Source of the DNA: Hemiscyllium ocellatum | Taxonomy: Eukaryota | Assembly (NCBI RefSeq): GCF_020745735.1 | Contig: NC_083446.1 | Span: 248,001 to 312,000, forward strand | Direction of reading: 5' to 3' | DNA length: 64,000 nt | Shown here: positions 11,853 to 25,600 of the stretch, in pieces | Layout of the letters: each line of letters opens with the position of its first letter | How positions within the stretch are numbered: position 1 is the first letter of the stretch | Made by a program: the position numbers and the translations under genes | Notes under the pieces: model-generated | What the model was told of the DNA's origin: nothing | Databases searched by the model: none | Seen by the model: the letters and a program-made list of their open reading frames with translations, nothing else

Positions 11853-14800
11853 TGTGTGTGTGTGTGTGTGTAACTGTGGGAGGTGCGTGTGTGTGTGTAA
11901 CTGTGGGAGGGTGGGGGGGAGGTGTGTGTGTGTGTAACTGTGGGAGGGTTGGGGGGAGGTGTGTGTGTGTGTAACTGTGGGAGGGTTGGGGGGAGGTGTG
12001 TGTGTGTGTGTAACTGTGGGAGGGTTGGGGGGAGGTGTGTGTGTGTGTGTAACTGTGGGAGGGTTGGGGGGAGGTGTGTGTGTGTAACTGTGGGAGGGTT
12101 GGGGGGAGGTGTGTGTGTGTAACTGTGGGAGGGTTGGGGGGAGGTGTGTGTGTGTAACTGTGGGAGGGTTGGGGGGAGGTGTGTGTGTGTAACTGTGGGA
12201 GGGTTGGGGGGAGGTGTGTGTGTGTAACTGTGGGAGGGTTGGGGGGAGGTGTGTGTGTGTAACTGTGGGAGGGTTGGGGGGAGGTGTGTGTGTGTAACTG
12301 TGGGAGGGTTGGGGGGAGGTGTGTGTGTGTAACTGTGGGAGGGTTGGGGGGAGGTGTGTGTGTGTAACTGTGGGAGGGTTGGGGGGAGGTGTGTGTGTAA
12401 CTGTGGGAGGGTTGGGGGTTTGTGTGTGTGTGTGAGTGTAACTGTGGGAGGGTTGGGGGGAGGTGTGTGTGTGTAACTGTGGGAGGGTTGGGGGTTTGTG
12501 TGTGTGTGTGTGAGTGTAACTGTGGGAGGGTTGGGGGGAGGTGTGTGTGTGTAACTGTGGGAGGGTTGGGGGTTTGTGTGTGAGTGTAACTGTGGGAGGG
12601 TTGGGGGGAGGTGTGTGTGTGTAACTGTGGGAGGGTTGGGGGTTTGTGTGTGTGTGTGAGTGTAACTGTGGGAGGGTTGGGGGGAGGTGTGTGTGTGTAA
12701 CTGTGGGAGGGTTGGGGGTTTGTGTGTGTGTGTGAGTGTAACTGTGGGAGGGTTGGGGGGAGGTGTGTGTGTGTAACTGTGGGAGGGTTGGGGGGAGGTG
12801 TGTGTGTGTAACNNNNNNNNNNNNNNNNNNNNNNNNNNNNNNNNNNNNNNNNNNNNNNNNNNNNNNNNNNNNNNNNNNNNNNNNNNNNNNNNNNNNNNNN
12901 NNNNNNNNNNNNNNNNNNNNNNNNNNNNNNNNNNNNNNNNNNNGGGGGGAGGTGTGTGTGTGTAACTGTGGGAGGGTTGGGGGGAGGTGTGTGTGTGAGT
13001 GTAACTGGGAGGGTTGGGGGGAGGTGTGAGTGTGTANNNNNNNNNNNNNNNNNNNNNNNNNNNNNNNNNNNNNNNNNNNNNNNNNNNNNNNNNNNNNNNN
13101 NNNNNNNNNNNNNNNNNNNNNNNNNNNNNNNNNNNNNNNNNNNNNNNNNNNNNNNNNNNNNNNNNNNNNNNNNNNNNNNNNNNNNNNNNNNNNNNNNNNN
13201 NNNNNNNNNNNNGGGGGGAGGTGTGTGTGTGTAACTGTGGGAGGGTTGGGGGGAGGTGTGTGTGTGTGTGTGTAACTGTGGGAGGGTTGGGGGGAGGTGT
13301 GTGTGTGTAACTGTGGGAGGGTTGGGGGGAGGTGTGTGTGTGTAACTGGGAGGGTTGAGGGGAGGTGTGTGTGTGTAACTGTGGGAGGGTTGGGGGGAGG
13401 TGTGTGTGTGTAACTGTGGGAGAGTTGGGGGGAGGTGTGTGTGTGTGTAACTGTGGGAGGGTTGGGGGGAGGTGTGTGTGTGTGTGTAACTGGGAGGGTT
13501 GGGGGGAGGTGTGTGTGTGTAACTGTGGGAGGGTTGGGGGGAGGTGTGTGTGTGTGTAACTGGGAGGGTTGGGGGGAGGTGTGTGTGTGTGTGTAACTGT
13601 GGGAGGGTTGGGGGGAGGTGTGTGTGTGAGTGTAACTGTGGGAGGGTTGGGGGGAGGTGTGTGTGTGTGTAACTGTGGGAGGGTTGGGGGGAGGTGTGTG
13701 TGTGTGTGTGTAACTGTGGGAGGGTTGGGGGGAGGTGTGTGTGTGTGTGTGTAACTGTGGGAGGGTTGGGGGGAGGTGTGTGTGTGTAACTGGGAGGGTT
13801 GAGGGGAGGTGTGTGTGTGTAACTGTGGGAGGGTTGGGGGGAGGTGTGTGTGTGTAACTGTGGGAGAGTTGGGGGGAGGTGTGTGTGTGTGTGTAACTGT
13901 GGGAGGGTTGGGGGGAGGTGTGTGTGTGTGTGTAACTGGGAGGGTTGGGGGGAGGTGTGTGTGTGTAACTGTGGGAGGGTTGGGGGGAGGTGTGTGTGTG
14001 TGTGTAACTGGGAGGGTTGGGGGGAGGTGTGTGTGTGTGTGTAACTGTGGGAGGGTTGGGGGGAGGTGTGTGTGAGTGTAACTGTGGGAGGGTTGGGTGG
14101 AGGTGTGTGTGTGTGAGTGTAACTGTGGGAGGGTTGGGGGGAGGTGTGTGTGTGAGTGTAACTGTGGGAGGGTTGGGTGGAGGTGTGTGTGTGTGAGTGT
14201 NNNNNNNNNNNNNNNNNNNNNNNNNNNNNNNNNNNNNNNNNNNNNNNNNNNNNNNNNNNNNNNNNNNNNNNNNNNNNNNNNNNNNNNNNNNNNNNNNNNN
14301 NNNNNNNNNNNNNNNNNNNNNNNNNNNNNNNNNNNNNNNNNNNNNNNNNNNNNNNNNNNNNNNNNNNNNNNNNNNNNNNNNNNNNNNNNNNNNNNNNNNN
14401 NNNNNNNNNNNNNNNNGGGGGGAGGTGTGTGTGTGTAACTGTGGGAGGGTTGGGGGGAGGTGTGTGTGTGTNNNNNNNNNNNNNNNNNNNNNNNNNNNNN
14501 NNNNNNNNNNNNNNNNNNNNNNNNNNNNNNNNNNNNNNNNNNNNNNNNNNNNNNNNNNNNNNNNNNNNNNNNNNNNNNNNNNNNNNNNNNNNNNNNNNNN
14601 NNNNNNNNNNNNNNNAGGTGTGTGTGTGTNNNNNNNNNNNNNNNNNNNNNNNNNNNNNNNNNNNNNNNNNNNNNNNNNNNNNNNNNNNNNNNNNNNNNNN
14701 NNNNNNNNNNNNNNNNNNNNNNNNNNNNNNNNNNNNNNNNNNNNNNNNNNNNNNNNNNNNNNNNNAGGTGTGTGTGTGTNNNNNNNNNNNNNNNNNNNNN

Positions 14801-16200
14801 NNNNNNNNNNNNNNNNNNNNNNNNNNNNNNNNNNNNNNNNNNNNNNNNNNNNNNNNNNNNNNNNNNNNNNNNNNNNNNNNNNNNNNNNNNNNNNNNNNNN
14901 NNNNNNNNNNNNNNNNNNNNNNNNNNNNNNNNNNNNNNNNNNNNNNNNNNNNNNNNNNNNNNNNNNNNNNNNNNNNNNNNNNNNNNNNNNNNNNNNNNNN
15001 NNNNNNNNNNNNNNNNNNNNNNNNNNNNNNNNNNNNNNNNNNNNNNNNNNNNNNNNNNNNNNNNNNNNNNNNNNNNNNNNNNNNNNNNNNNNNNNNNNNN
15101 NNNNNNNNNNNNNNNNNNNNNNNNNNNNNNNNNNNNNNNNNNNNNNNNNNNNNNNNNNNNNNNNNNNNNNNGGGTGGAGGTGTGTGTGTGTGTGTGTAAC
15201 TGTGGGAGGGTTGGGTGGAGGTGTGTGTGTGTGTGTGTGTGTGTGTAACTGTGGGAGGGTTGGGTGGAGGGGTTTGTGTGTGTGTGTGTGAGAGAGAGAC
15301 TGTAACTGTGGGAGGGTTGGGTGGAGGGGTTTGTGTGTGTGTGTGTGTGTTTGTAACTGTGGGAGGGTTGGGTGGAGGGGTTTGTGTGTGTGTGTGTGAG
15401 AGAGACTGTAACTGTGGGAGGGTTGGGTGGAGGGGTTTGTGTGTGTGAGAGAGACTAACTGTGGGAGGGTTGTGTGTGTGTGTGAGAGAGAGAGACTGTA
15501 ACTGTGGGAGGGTTGGGTGGAGGGGTTTCTGTGTGTGTGTGTGTGAGAGAGACTGTAACTGTGGGAGGGTTGGGTGGAGGTGTGTGTGTGTAACTGTGGG
15601 AGGGTTGGGTGGAGGGGTTTGTGTGTGTGTGTGTGTGTGTGTGTAACTGTGGGAGGGTTGGGTGGAGGGGTTTGTGTGTGTGTGTGTGTGAGAGAGACTA
15701 ACTGTGGGAGGGTTGTGTGGAGGGGTTTGTGTGTGTGTGTGTGTGAGAGAGACTGTAACTGTGGGAGGGTTGGGTGGAGGGGTTTCTGTGTGTGTGTGTG
15801 TGAGTGAGACTGTAACTGTTGGAGGGTTGGGTGGAGGTGTGTGTGTGTAACTGTGGGAGGGTTGGGTGGAGGGGTTTGTGTGTGTGTGTGTGTGAGTGTA
15901 ACTGTGGGAGGGTTGGGTGGAGGGGTTTGTGTGTGTGTGTGTGAGAGAGACTGTAACTGTGGGAGGGTTGGGTGGAGGGGTTTGTGTGTGTGTGTGTGTG
16001 TAACTGTGGGAGGGTTGGGTGGAGGGGTTTGTGTGTGTGTGTGTGTGTGAGAGAGAGACTGTAACTGTGGGAGGGTTGGGTGGAGGGGTTTGTGTGTGTG
16101 TGTGTGAGAGAGACTGTAACTGTGGGAGGGTTGGGTGGAGGGGTTTGTGTGTGTGTGTGTGAGAGAGACTGTAACTGTGGGAGGGTTGGGTGGAGGGGTT

Positions 16201-16231
<31 letters not shown>

Positions 16232-16260
16232 CTGTAACTGTGGGAGGGTTGGGTGGAGGG

Positions 16261-16298
<38 letters not shown>

Positions 16299-16384
16299 CT
16301 GTAACTGTGGGAGGGCTGGGTGGAGGGGTTTGTGTGTGTGTGTGTGTGAGAGAGACTGTAACTGTGGGAGGGTTGGGTGGAGGG

Positions 16385-16422
<38 letters not shown>

Positions 16423-16502
16423 CTGTAACTGTGGGAGGGTTGGGTGGAGGGGTTTGTGTGTGTGTGAGAGAGACTGTAACTGTGGGAGGGTTGGGTGGAG
16501 GG

Positions 16503-16548
<46 letters not shown>

Positions 16549-16637
16549 CTGTAACTGTGGAAGGGTTGGGTGGAGGGGTTTGTGTGTGTGTGTGTGAGAG
16601 AGAGACTGTAACTGTGGGAGGGTTGGGTGGAGGGGTT

Positions 16638-16674
<37 letters not shown>

Positions 16675-16703
16675 CTGTAACTGTGGGAGGGTTGGGTGGA
16701 GGG

Positions 16704-16745
<42 letters not shown>

Positions 16746-16777
16746 CTGTAACTGTGGAAGGGTTGGGTGGAGGGGTT

Positions 16778-16810
<33 letters not shown>

Positions 16811-17095
16811 CTGTAACTGTGGGAGGGTTGGGTGGAGGGGTTTGTGTGTGTGTGTGTGAGAGAGACACTGTAACTGTGGGAGGGTTGGGTGGAGGGGTTT
16901 GTGTGTGTGTGTGTGAGAGAGACACTGTAACTGTGGGAGGGTTGGGTGGAGGGGTTTGTGTGTGTGTGTGTGAGAGAGAGACTGTAACTGTGGGAGGGTT
17001 GGGTGGAGGGGTTTGTGTGTGTGTTGTGTGTTTGTGTGTGTAACTGTGGGAGGGTTGGGGAGAGGGGTGTGTGTGTGTGTGACTGGAACTGTGGG
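11853..17095. repeat. Compound G-rich satellite: (GT)n + AACTGTGGGAGGGTTGGG... units, with several N-gaps
   Basis: Direct periodicity; two sub-arrays with different unit tails; source of the spurious 1861-aa and 1778-aa ORFs. Confidence 0.97.
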
Positions 17096-17399
17096 AGTGT
17101 TGGCGGGGGGGAGGTGGGGTACAGGACTGTACCCCACATGGTCGGAGGGGTGGGTAAGAGACTGTAACCTGAAGGTGTGAGGAGAGGTTACGTAACAAAA
17201 AAAATACTTTCACTACCCCAGAATATTGGCAGGTTCCTTCAGAGTTCTTTTCAAAATGTAAGTTGCAAACAGAGCCAATAGTTTGCACACAGCATAGCTA
17301 AGTCAAGGGTGTTGGCTTCTCCTTATCTCGAAAGCTTCATGTTTAGAAATCATGTAGAATCATCAATACTGTCTGAAAGATTGAGAGAAAATTATTGAA

Positions 17400-18745
17400 T
17401 AATTCACTGATTAGAGTCATACCTGACACTAAGGAAGATGGTTGTAGTTGTGGAGGGTCAGTCATCTCGGCTCCAGGGCATCACTGCAGGAGTCCCTCAG
17501 GATAGTGTCCTAGGCCCAACAATCTTCAGCTGCTTCATCAATGACCTTCCCTCTGTCAGAAAGTCTGAAGTAGGGGATGTTCCCTGAGGATTGTACAGTG
17601 TTCAGCGACTCCTCAGATACTGAAGCAGTCCATGCTCAAGTGCAGCAAGACCTAAACAATATTCAGGCTTGGGCTGACAACTGGCAAATAACATTCGATT
17701 AGATTAGATTAGATTACTTACAGTGTGGAAACAGGCCCTTCGGCCCAACAAGTCCACACTGACCTGCCGAAGCGCAACCCACCCATACCCCTACATTTGC
17801 CCCTTACCTAACACTACGGGCAATTTAGCATGGCCAATTCACCTGACCCGCACATCTTTGGACTGTGGGAGGAAACCGGAGCACCCAGAGGAAACCCACG
17901 CAGACACGGGGAGAACGTGCAAACTCCACACAGTCAGTCGCCTGAGTCGGGAATTGAACCCGGGTCTCAGGCGCTGTGAGGCAGCAGTGCTAACCACTGT
18001 GCCACCATGTCGCCCACACAAATGCCAGACAATGACCATCACCAATAAGAGACACTCTAATCGCTGCCCCTTGACATTCAATGGTATTACCATCACTGAA
18101 TCCCCCACTGTCAACATCCTTGGAGCTACCATTGACCAGAAACACAACTGGACTCACCACATGAACATAGTGGCTGCAAGAGCAGGTCAGAGTTGAGGGA
18201 TACTGCGGTAAGTAACTCACCTCCTGACACCCCTAAAGTCTATCCACCATCTACAAGGCACAAGTCAGGAGTGTGATGGAATCCTCCCCACTTGCCCTGG
18301 ATGGGTACAGCTCCAACAACACTCAAGAAGCTTGACACCATCCAGGACAAAGCAACCCTGTTGATTGACACTACATCTACAAACATTCAATCCCTCCACC
18401 ACCGATGTTCAGTCGCAGCAATTAGAACTATCTACAAAATGCACTGCAGTCATTCACCAAAGATCCTCAGACAACACCTTCCAAACTCATGACCACTTCC
18501 ATCAAGAAGGACAAGGGCAGCAGGTACTTGGGAACACTATCCTCTGCAAGTTCTACTCCAAACCTGACTTGGAAATATACTGCAGTTCCTTCACAGTCGT
18601 TGGATCGAAGTCCTGGAAATCCCTCTCTACCAGCATTGTTGGTGAACCCACAGTATGTGGACTGCATCTTCTCAAAGGCAAATAGGGCTGGGCTATCAAT
18701 GCTGTCCAGCCAGCGACGCCAAAGTCCCACAAATGAATAAAATGA
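17400..18745 (+). mobile_element. Family B LINE (CR1/L2 superclade) RT 3' portion, split by a SINE
   Basis: Decayed RT motifs GVPQDSVLGPTIFSCFINDL at ~17490-17550; the sequence resumes after the SINE at 18015. Confidence 0.85.
17697..18014 (-). mobile_element. HE1-like V-SINE, full length
   Basis: Near-identical reverse complement of 10468-10787. Confidence 0.93.
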
Positions 18746-18779
18746 AGCCACACAAAACCTTCCTTTTGTTAAAAAGAAA

Positions 18780-19935
18780 TGAATTCATGGGATGTGGGAG
18801 CTGTTGGCTGGCCAGCATTTATTGCCCACCTTGAGTTCCCCTTGAGAAGATGTGGGTGAGCTGCCTTGTTGAATCGCTGCAGTCCATATGCTGCAGGGGA
18901 CACCCACAATACTGTAAGGGAGAGAGTTCCTGGATTTTTGGCCTGGTGACACTGAAGAAATGGTCAACATTTCAAGTCAGGATGGTGTGTGGCTTGGAGG
19001 GGAACCTGTCTTTTCTTTACACAGAGAGTTGTGAATGCATGGAATGCGTTGCAAGCGGTGGTGGTGGAAGCAGAGTCATTAGGGATGTTTAAGAGACTGC
19101 TGGACATGCACATGGACAGCAGTGAATTGAAGGGTGTGTAGGTTTAGTTATTTTATTTTACATTAGGATTAATGCTCAGCACAACACCGTGGGCCAAAGG
19201 GCTGTTCTGTGCTGTATTTTGTGATGTTCTATGTTCTATATTATAGGGGATGGTGTCTCCATTTATTTCCTGTCCTTCTCCTTCTAGATGGAAGTGTTTC
19301 ATGGGTTTGGAAGGTGCTGCCTGAGGATCTTTGGTGAATTTCTGCAGTGCATCTTGTAAACGGTACGCACTGCTGCTACTGAGTGTCAGTGGGGGGAGGG
19401 AGGGAGTGGGTGTTTGTGAGTGTGGGGCCAATCCAGCGAGGGCTGCTTTGTCCCTGGATGGTGTCGAGCTTCTTGTGTTGTTGGAGCTGCCCCCATCCAG
19501 GGGCAAGTGGGGAATATTCCCTCACCCTCCTGCCTTGGGCCTTGTAGATGGTGGGACAGGCTTTGGGGGGAGTCAGGAGGGAGTTACTTGCTGCAGGATT
19601 CCCAGCCTCTGACCTGCTCTTGTAGCCACTGGGTTCACATGGTGAGTCTAGTTTAGTTTCTAGTCAATGGTAACCCCAAGAGTGTTGATGGTGGAGGAAT
19701 TCAGTGGTGGTAATTACCTTGAGGTTAGATTCTGTCTTGTTAGAGATGATCATAGTCTGTCACTTGTGTGATGTAAACGTTACTTGCCACTTGTCAGCCT
19801 AGACCTGGAAATTGTCCAATTTTTGCTTCATTTGGACATGGACTGCTTCAGTATCTGAGGGGTTGCAAATTGTATTGAACACTGTGCAATCATCAGTGAG
19901 CATCCTCACTTCTGAGCTTGTGATGGAGGGAAGCC
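18780..19935 (-). mobile_element. Family B LINE fragment, tail-to-tail with 17400-18745, interrupted by a CR1 3' end (~19010-19240, +)
   Basis: Reverse-complement similarity to 17600-18745. Confidence 0.8.
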
Positions 19936-20611
19936 TCTAATTCTGAACTTTTGAGCTTCTCGTAATTCCCATTGCTCCACTGTTGGTGGTCTTGCCTTTG
20001 CCTGCCTGGAGACCTGACCTCTGGAATTCCATCGCGAATCCCTCTTGAATGATGTGTCTTGAAATCTACCCATTTGACTGAAGGTTTAGTCAGTTATCCC
20101 TGATATTTTCTTATGTGATTTAATGTTGAAGTAGATCTGATTATACTCCTGTGATGCCCTTTGGATCATTTTACCACTTCCAGGTTACTATATAAGTGCA
20201 AGTTATTGTTACAATGGGCTATTGTCCTTATTTTTGAAGGTTTAAAAAAATCCCAGAAACCCAGATCATTATTTTATAAGGAGAACTAGCTGACATCAGG
20301 AGAGGATTGGGTTTCGTTTTGGCTGGGCCTATCCCTTTGAAATAAGGTGTCTGTTCATCGCAGATGCCTTCCATAGTTGAAGAGGTGCACCTTTGAGCCA
20401 AGGGCGAGCAGGTGGCCAGGGGCCTGTTTTTGAGAAGAGGCGATGAGGTCCCAGAGAGATACACCATGGACTCACTGGTTCATAATAACTTGGTTATTTG
20501 GGTTGCGAGCTATGCAGTCTCAGGTCTCTCGTAGTTGACTTACTGTCAATGAATGAAGTAGATTCATTCATGGAGATGCTCCCATGTTGAAGTGAGTCAG
20601 AACCTTAAGCA

Positions 20612-21421
20612 TCTGGATCAGTGGTGCTGGAAGAGCACAGCAGTTCAGGCAGCATCCAATGAGCAGCGAAATCCCTTCATCAGGAATAAAGGCAGTGAGC
20701 CTGAAGGGTGGAGAGATAAGCTAGAGGAGGGTGGGGGTGGGGAAAAAGTAGCATAGAGTACAATAGGTGAGTGGGGGAGGGGATGAAGGTGATAGGTCAG
20801 GGAGGAGAGGGTGGAGTGAATAGGTGGAAAAGGAGATAGGCAGGTAGGACAAGTCAGGGCAAGTCATGGGGACAGTGCTGAGCTGGAAGTTTGGAACTAG
20901 GGTGAGGTGGGGGAAGGGGAAATGAGGAAACTGTTGAAGCCCACATTGATGCCCTGGGGTTGAAGTCTTCCGAGGCGGAAGATGAGGCATTCTTCCTCCA
21001 GGTGTCTGGTGGTGAGGGAGCGGCGGTGAAGGAGGCCCAGGGCCTCCATGTCCTCGGCAGAGTGGGAGGGGGAGTTGAAATGTTGGGCCACAGGGCGGTG
21101 TGGTTGATTGGTGCGGGTGTCCCGGAGATGTTCCCTAAAGCGCTCTGCTAGGAGGCGCCCAGTCTCCCCAATGTAGAGGATACCGCATCGAGAGCAACGG
21201 ATACAATAAATGATATTAGTGGATGTGCAGGTAAAACTTTGATGGATTTGGAAGGCTCCTTTAGGGCTTTTGATGGAGGTGAGGGAGGATGTGTGGGCGC
21301 AAGTTTTGCAGTTCCTGCGGTGGCAGGGGAAGGTGCCAGGATGGGAGGGTGGGTTGTAGGGGGGCGTGGACCTGACCAGGTAGTCACGGAGGGAACAGTC
21401 TTTGCAGAAGGTGGAAAGGGG
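20612..21421 (-). mobile_element. Penelope-like element 3' fragment (GIY-YIG region)
   Basis: Colinear with 6070-6800; remnants HFNSPSHS...RHLEEECLIFRLG. Confidence 0.88.
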
Positions 21422-21659
21422 CAGTCAGACCACACCAACAGTGACACATTAATGCATCCCACTCTGCCATTAATATGTAAATGAGGGGAGAGTGGGAAGG
21501 AGAGAGGTCTCTTTCTGCTTTATCTGATGCACCAAATCTCTCAAAAAACAATGTGATCTGTTTGACAATACCAACATGGGCTGGTATCTTATCAAGTAAC
21601 TGAACGTCCGTGTTCCTGTGACGCCAGGCCGCATTCCAGCAATTCGTAAATCAGAGTCT

Positions 21660-22300
21660 CAGTCATAGAGTCATAGAGATATTCAGTATGGAAACAGACC
21701 CTTCGGTCCACCTGTCCATGCCGACCAGATATCCTAACCTAATCTATCCCATTTTCCAGCACTATCTATATCCCTCTAAACCCATCTTGTTCATGTTCAT
21801 ATACCCTTCCGGATGACTTTTAAATGCTGTAATTGAAGCTTCCACCACTTCCTCTGGCAGCTCATTCTATACACACACCACCCTCTGCATGAAAAATTGC
21901 TCCTTTGGTCTCTTTTATAGCTTTCTCCTCTCACCCTAACCTATGCCCTCTAGTTCTGCACTCCCCCACTCCTGGGAAAAGACTTTGTCTATTTATCCTA
22001 CCCATGCCCTTCATGATTTTATAAACCTCTATTAGGTCACCCCTCCGCCTCCGATGTTTCAGGGAAAACAGCCTCAGCCTGTTCAGCCTCTCTCCATACT
22101 GCAAATCCTCCAGCCCTGGCAACATCCTTGTAATTCTTTTCTGAACCTTTTCAAGTTTCATAACATCCTTCCGATAGGAGGGAGACCAGAATTGCATGTA
22201 ATATTCCAAAAGTGCCCCAACCAATGTCTTGTACATGACCTCCCATAATCAATGCACTGACCAATAAAGGCAAGCATACCAAATGGCTTCCTCATTCCCT
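21660..22300 (-). mobile_element. CR1 (HER1-like) LINE 3' fragment
   Basis: ORF 21931-22236 YKTLV..LEY..QFWSP..RKD...RRRRGDLIEVYKIM..TRGH, typical CR1 ORF2 C-terminus. Confidence 0.92.
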
Positions 22301-22578
22301 CACTCTGCTCCACCTGGACAGACCCCTCACTCTGCTTTACCCAGAGAGACCCCTCACCCCCTTTCAGTGGGAGAGTTGCTGGGGTGGATGGGAGGTGGAG
22401 TGGGTATTAGGGTGCAGTGAAAGGTTTGAGCAGGTCTGGAGCGGAGAAGCAGAGCTCAGAGCGTTCTTGATGAGTGGGGAGGTGGGTCGAGGCCAGGAGC
22501 CAGTGCAGAGAGTTCAGTGAGTGGGTAAGTGGCACAGCACATTGATGGAATATTCTTTCCTGAATTTGTTGTCCTTAG

Positions 22579-22685
22579 GACCCTGTGAGCAAAGTGTCAC
22601 CATGACTGATGTGATGGTCAACAGCTGTAAAGCCTCTGCTGAAGAAATGGGGCTCAAACATGATGACAACAGGCTACCCTTCCAG
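22579..22685 (+). CDS. LBHD1: LBH-domain gene exon containing the ATG at 22602
   Basis: tccttag|GA acceptor, CAG|gtacag donor; MTDVMVNSCKASAEEMGLKHDDNRLPFQ. Confidence 0.85.
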
Positions 22686-25600
22686 GTACAGATATCCGGA
22701 ACGGGGATGAGAACTACAGGGGCACTGACTGGGGAGGGGATGGGGACAGGGTAGGAGATGGGAAGTTATGTAAGAGGCAGGTGGAGACAGGGAGTCTATG
22801 TGTGTAATGATAGGGAGAGGTGGGAGATGGGGAGACAGTGAACTCCAAGAGCTTTTTCTCTGTCAATCTTGAAGCAATTTATTTTTATATAAATGTATAA
22901 ATAACTTGTTGAATCTGTGCTTTTGAGTTCCTGAGAAATCAGAGAATTCTTGGCACAGAATCAACTGGATTGTTTGGGAAATGGTTGTCTGCCAAGTCAA
23001 TGTGATTTACTGAGTTGTCTGCTCCTGTGCCCAATTCTCTAGTTTTCCGCTGCCATTAAATCTGTTAGTGACCGAGGTACTTTCTCATTCACACTGATTC
23101 CGCAGCTGTGACATACCTGACAAAGATTCATCTGAATTCAGCCTCCTTCAAATCTGCTCTGCCATGCTATAGGATAATGGCTGATCTGATTGCTCATCAT
23201 TCCCATTCATGTTTGATTCATTCCCTTGTTAATCAGGAGTCTCTAGATCTACTGTTATGATCCCAGCTGATGGTACAACTGGACAAGTCAGATCCCAGAG
23301 TGAAATCTAGTCTGACAGATCTTTTTGGAAATTTTAGTTATGTGGTGCTGGTCACTGAAACACAGTTACACAAGGTAACAACAAAACAGATCCTTATAGC
23401 ACACAGCTTTGAAATGGAAAATACATTTAAAAATCAGCTATCTGGATTTAGCACACTAAGAAAAATCTCAAAACAAACAGCAGAACAGAATTTCAACCTA
23501 TTGTTCAACACCATTACTTCATAGCAAGTCTATAGAAGTTCCATTTTGGTTCTAAAATCTTGAGTGTTCATTTTAACTGATATTTCCCAGTTTCTATCCT
23601 TGTGAACTGTGGTGTCATCTCATATAAACATACAACACTGAAAGTTTAGGCTTCCTCAGCTTCTAATCATTGCAAATTCCTTTTCTGCACAAATTAAACA
23701 TTTCTACTTCCTTGAAAGCTCTGAAAATAATTTTTCTGAAAAAAATATTTCTGCTTCTGACCCTGCTCAGGTCCCCTCTGAACAGCCTTAAAACTTTGCA
23801 AACTCTAAGCAAAGAAATCTCCAACTCAAAGTAAAACTGGAAGACAACATTTTCTGCCTTGAACAATAGATGTTTCCTCTAAGCTTAAAAGGCCGATGTT
23901 TATAAATTTCTAACAGACCTTAAAGCATAATGGTTTACTTTACTAAGTCATAAGGTAAACAATGGCTACAGAAATACTCACAAGGTAGTTATTAACTTCA
24001 GTTGCACAGAAAGGCCACATGTCACTATTTCAAAATCCAAAACTCTACACGTGACACAAATGATATTAAAACACATATAAATCACATAGGCGACATCACA
24101 ATATAAATCTTGGCCTTGTTAAGTTGTAACCTGACCATCTTGTGCAGGTTTGACCCACCCTGAAATCTAAAACTCTCCCTTCTGTACCAGTTTTCTGGGC
24201 ACGTTTTCATTCTCTCAACCTTCCTATTTCTAGAGTTAACAACACATCATACCAGGAGCAATCCTGAGGTGACAGGTCCTGCTTTTTGACCTCCTGCCTA
24301 GCTCCTTAAATTTGAATTTCAGGACCAACTCCCTCCGTTACTGACACCGTTGCTGTCAGAATGGTCAAACTCCATGACATTCTTGATTCTGGCATCAGAG
24401 AGGAAACATACTATGACTAGGGCCACAGAAATGCCTGTCTGCTCCCCTACCAAAAGGCCTTTCATCTGAGAGGGTGGGGAGAGATTGTGAGAGAGGGTGG
24501 GGAAAGAGTGGGGGGTGGGGATAAATGTAAGGGTGAGGGTGGGGAGTGACTGTGAGAGAGGGTGGGGAGAGATGTAAGGGAGTGGGGAGAGAGTGAGATG
24601 GGATGGGGTGGGGAGAGAGTGAAATGGGGGGTAAGAGTGTGAGAGAGGGTGGGGAGAGAGTATGATGGGTTGGGCATAGAGTGAGAGTGAGGTGGGGAGA
24701 GAGTGGGGGTTGGATGGGAAGAGAGTGAGGAGGGATGGTGGGGAGACTGAGGGGACTGGGAGAGAATGGTGAGGGAGAGTGAGGGGGAGGAAGTGCTAGT
24801 CCAATTTATAGGTAAGTGAGGGTTGGCTGTTCCCACGCTGGACTGTTTCCAGGCTGGTATGTTGCTGGCTGAATGAAATGTCTTTTTTTTTTAAGTGCCC
24901 TACTATGACCTATTAAACTCACTGGCTTGTAGTTGTTTGCTTTCTGTCTCCAGAATCCAGGGAATTTTGGAAAAATTAAAACTAATGCTTCAACTACCAT
25001 TTCTCACACCAGAGAATGAAGTCCGTGAGGATATGGGGATTTGTCAGATTTCAGTTGTAATAATGTTTTCTCTCTCCCTGGTGGTGACTTTTCAAGTTCC
25101 TCACTCTCTTTCAGCCTATGATTCACAATTATTTCTGGGATGTTATTTGTATCCGTTACACTGAAAACACATGCAAGTTATCTGTCAAATTTATCTGCCA
25201 TTTCCTTACTTTAAATGATTTGTCTCCGGACACTGCCTCGAGAGGTCTAGCCTGACAGTAGTTACGTTTTTCCTTTTTGAACATTGGTAAATGCCTGTAT
25301 TACTTGTTTATGTTTCTGGCGAACAATCTTTACCTGGAATTGTTCCTTCCTTATTAAGCTTTTGGTCTTTTTTTTGGTTTCCGTTTACACTCTCCGATCT
25401 TCTGACCTGTCGTTCAATTTTGTAGAATCATATGCCCCTGCTTTCAACTCCACCCAATCTTACCCTCCTCACTTAGAGAAAAACCACACAACCAGGTTAT
25501 AGTCCAACAAGTTTATTTGGAAGCACTAGCTTTCGGTACGCTGCTCCTTTGTCAGGTAGCTAGTTTCACTGGCCTCCTCACTCAGCTTGTTCTATCACTA

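Noticed and set aside
11703-17288. 1861-aa and 1778-aa His/Thr/Pro-rich ORFs
   Set aside because: Translation of a (CA)n compound satellite across N-gaps; open in several frames
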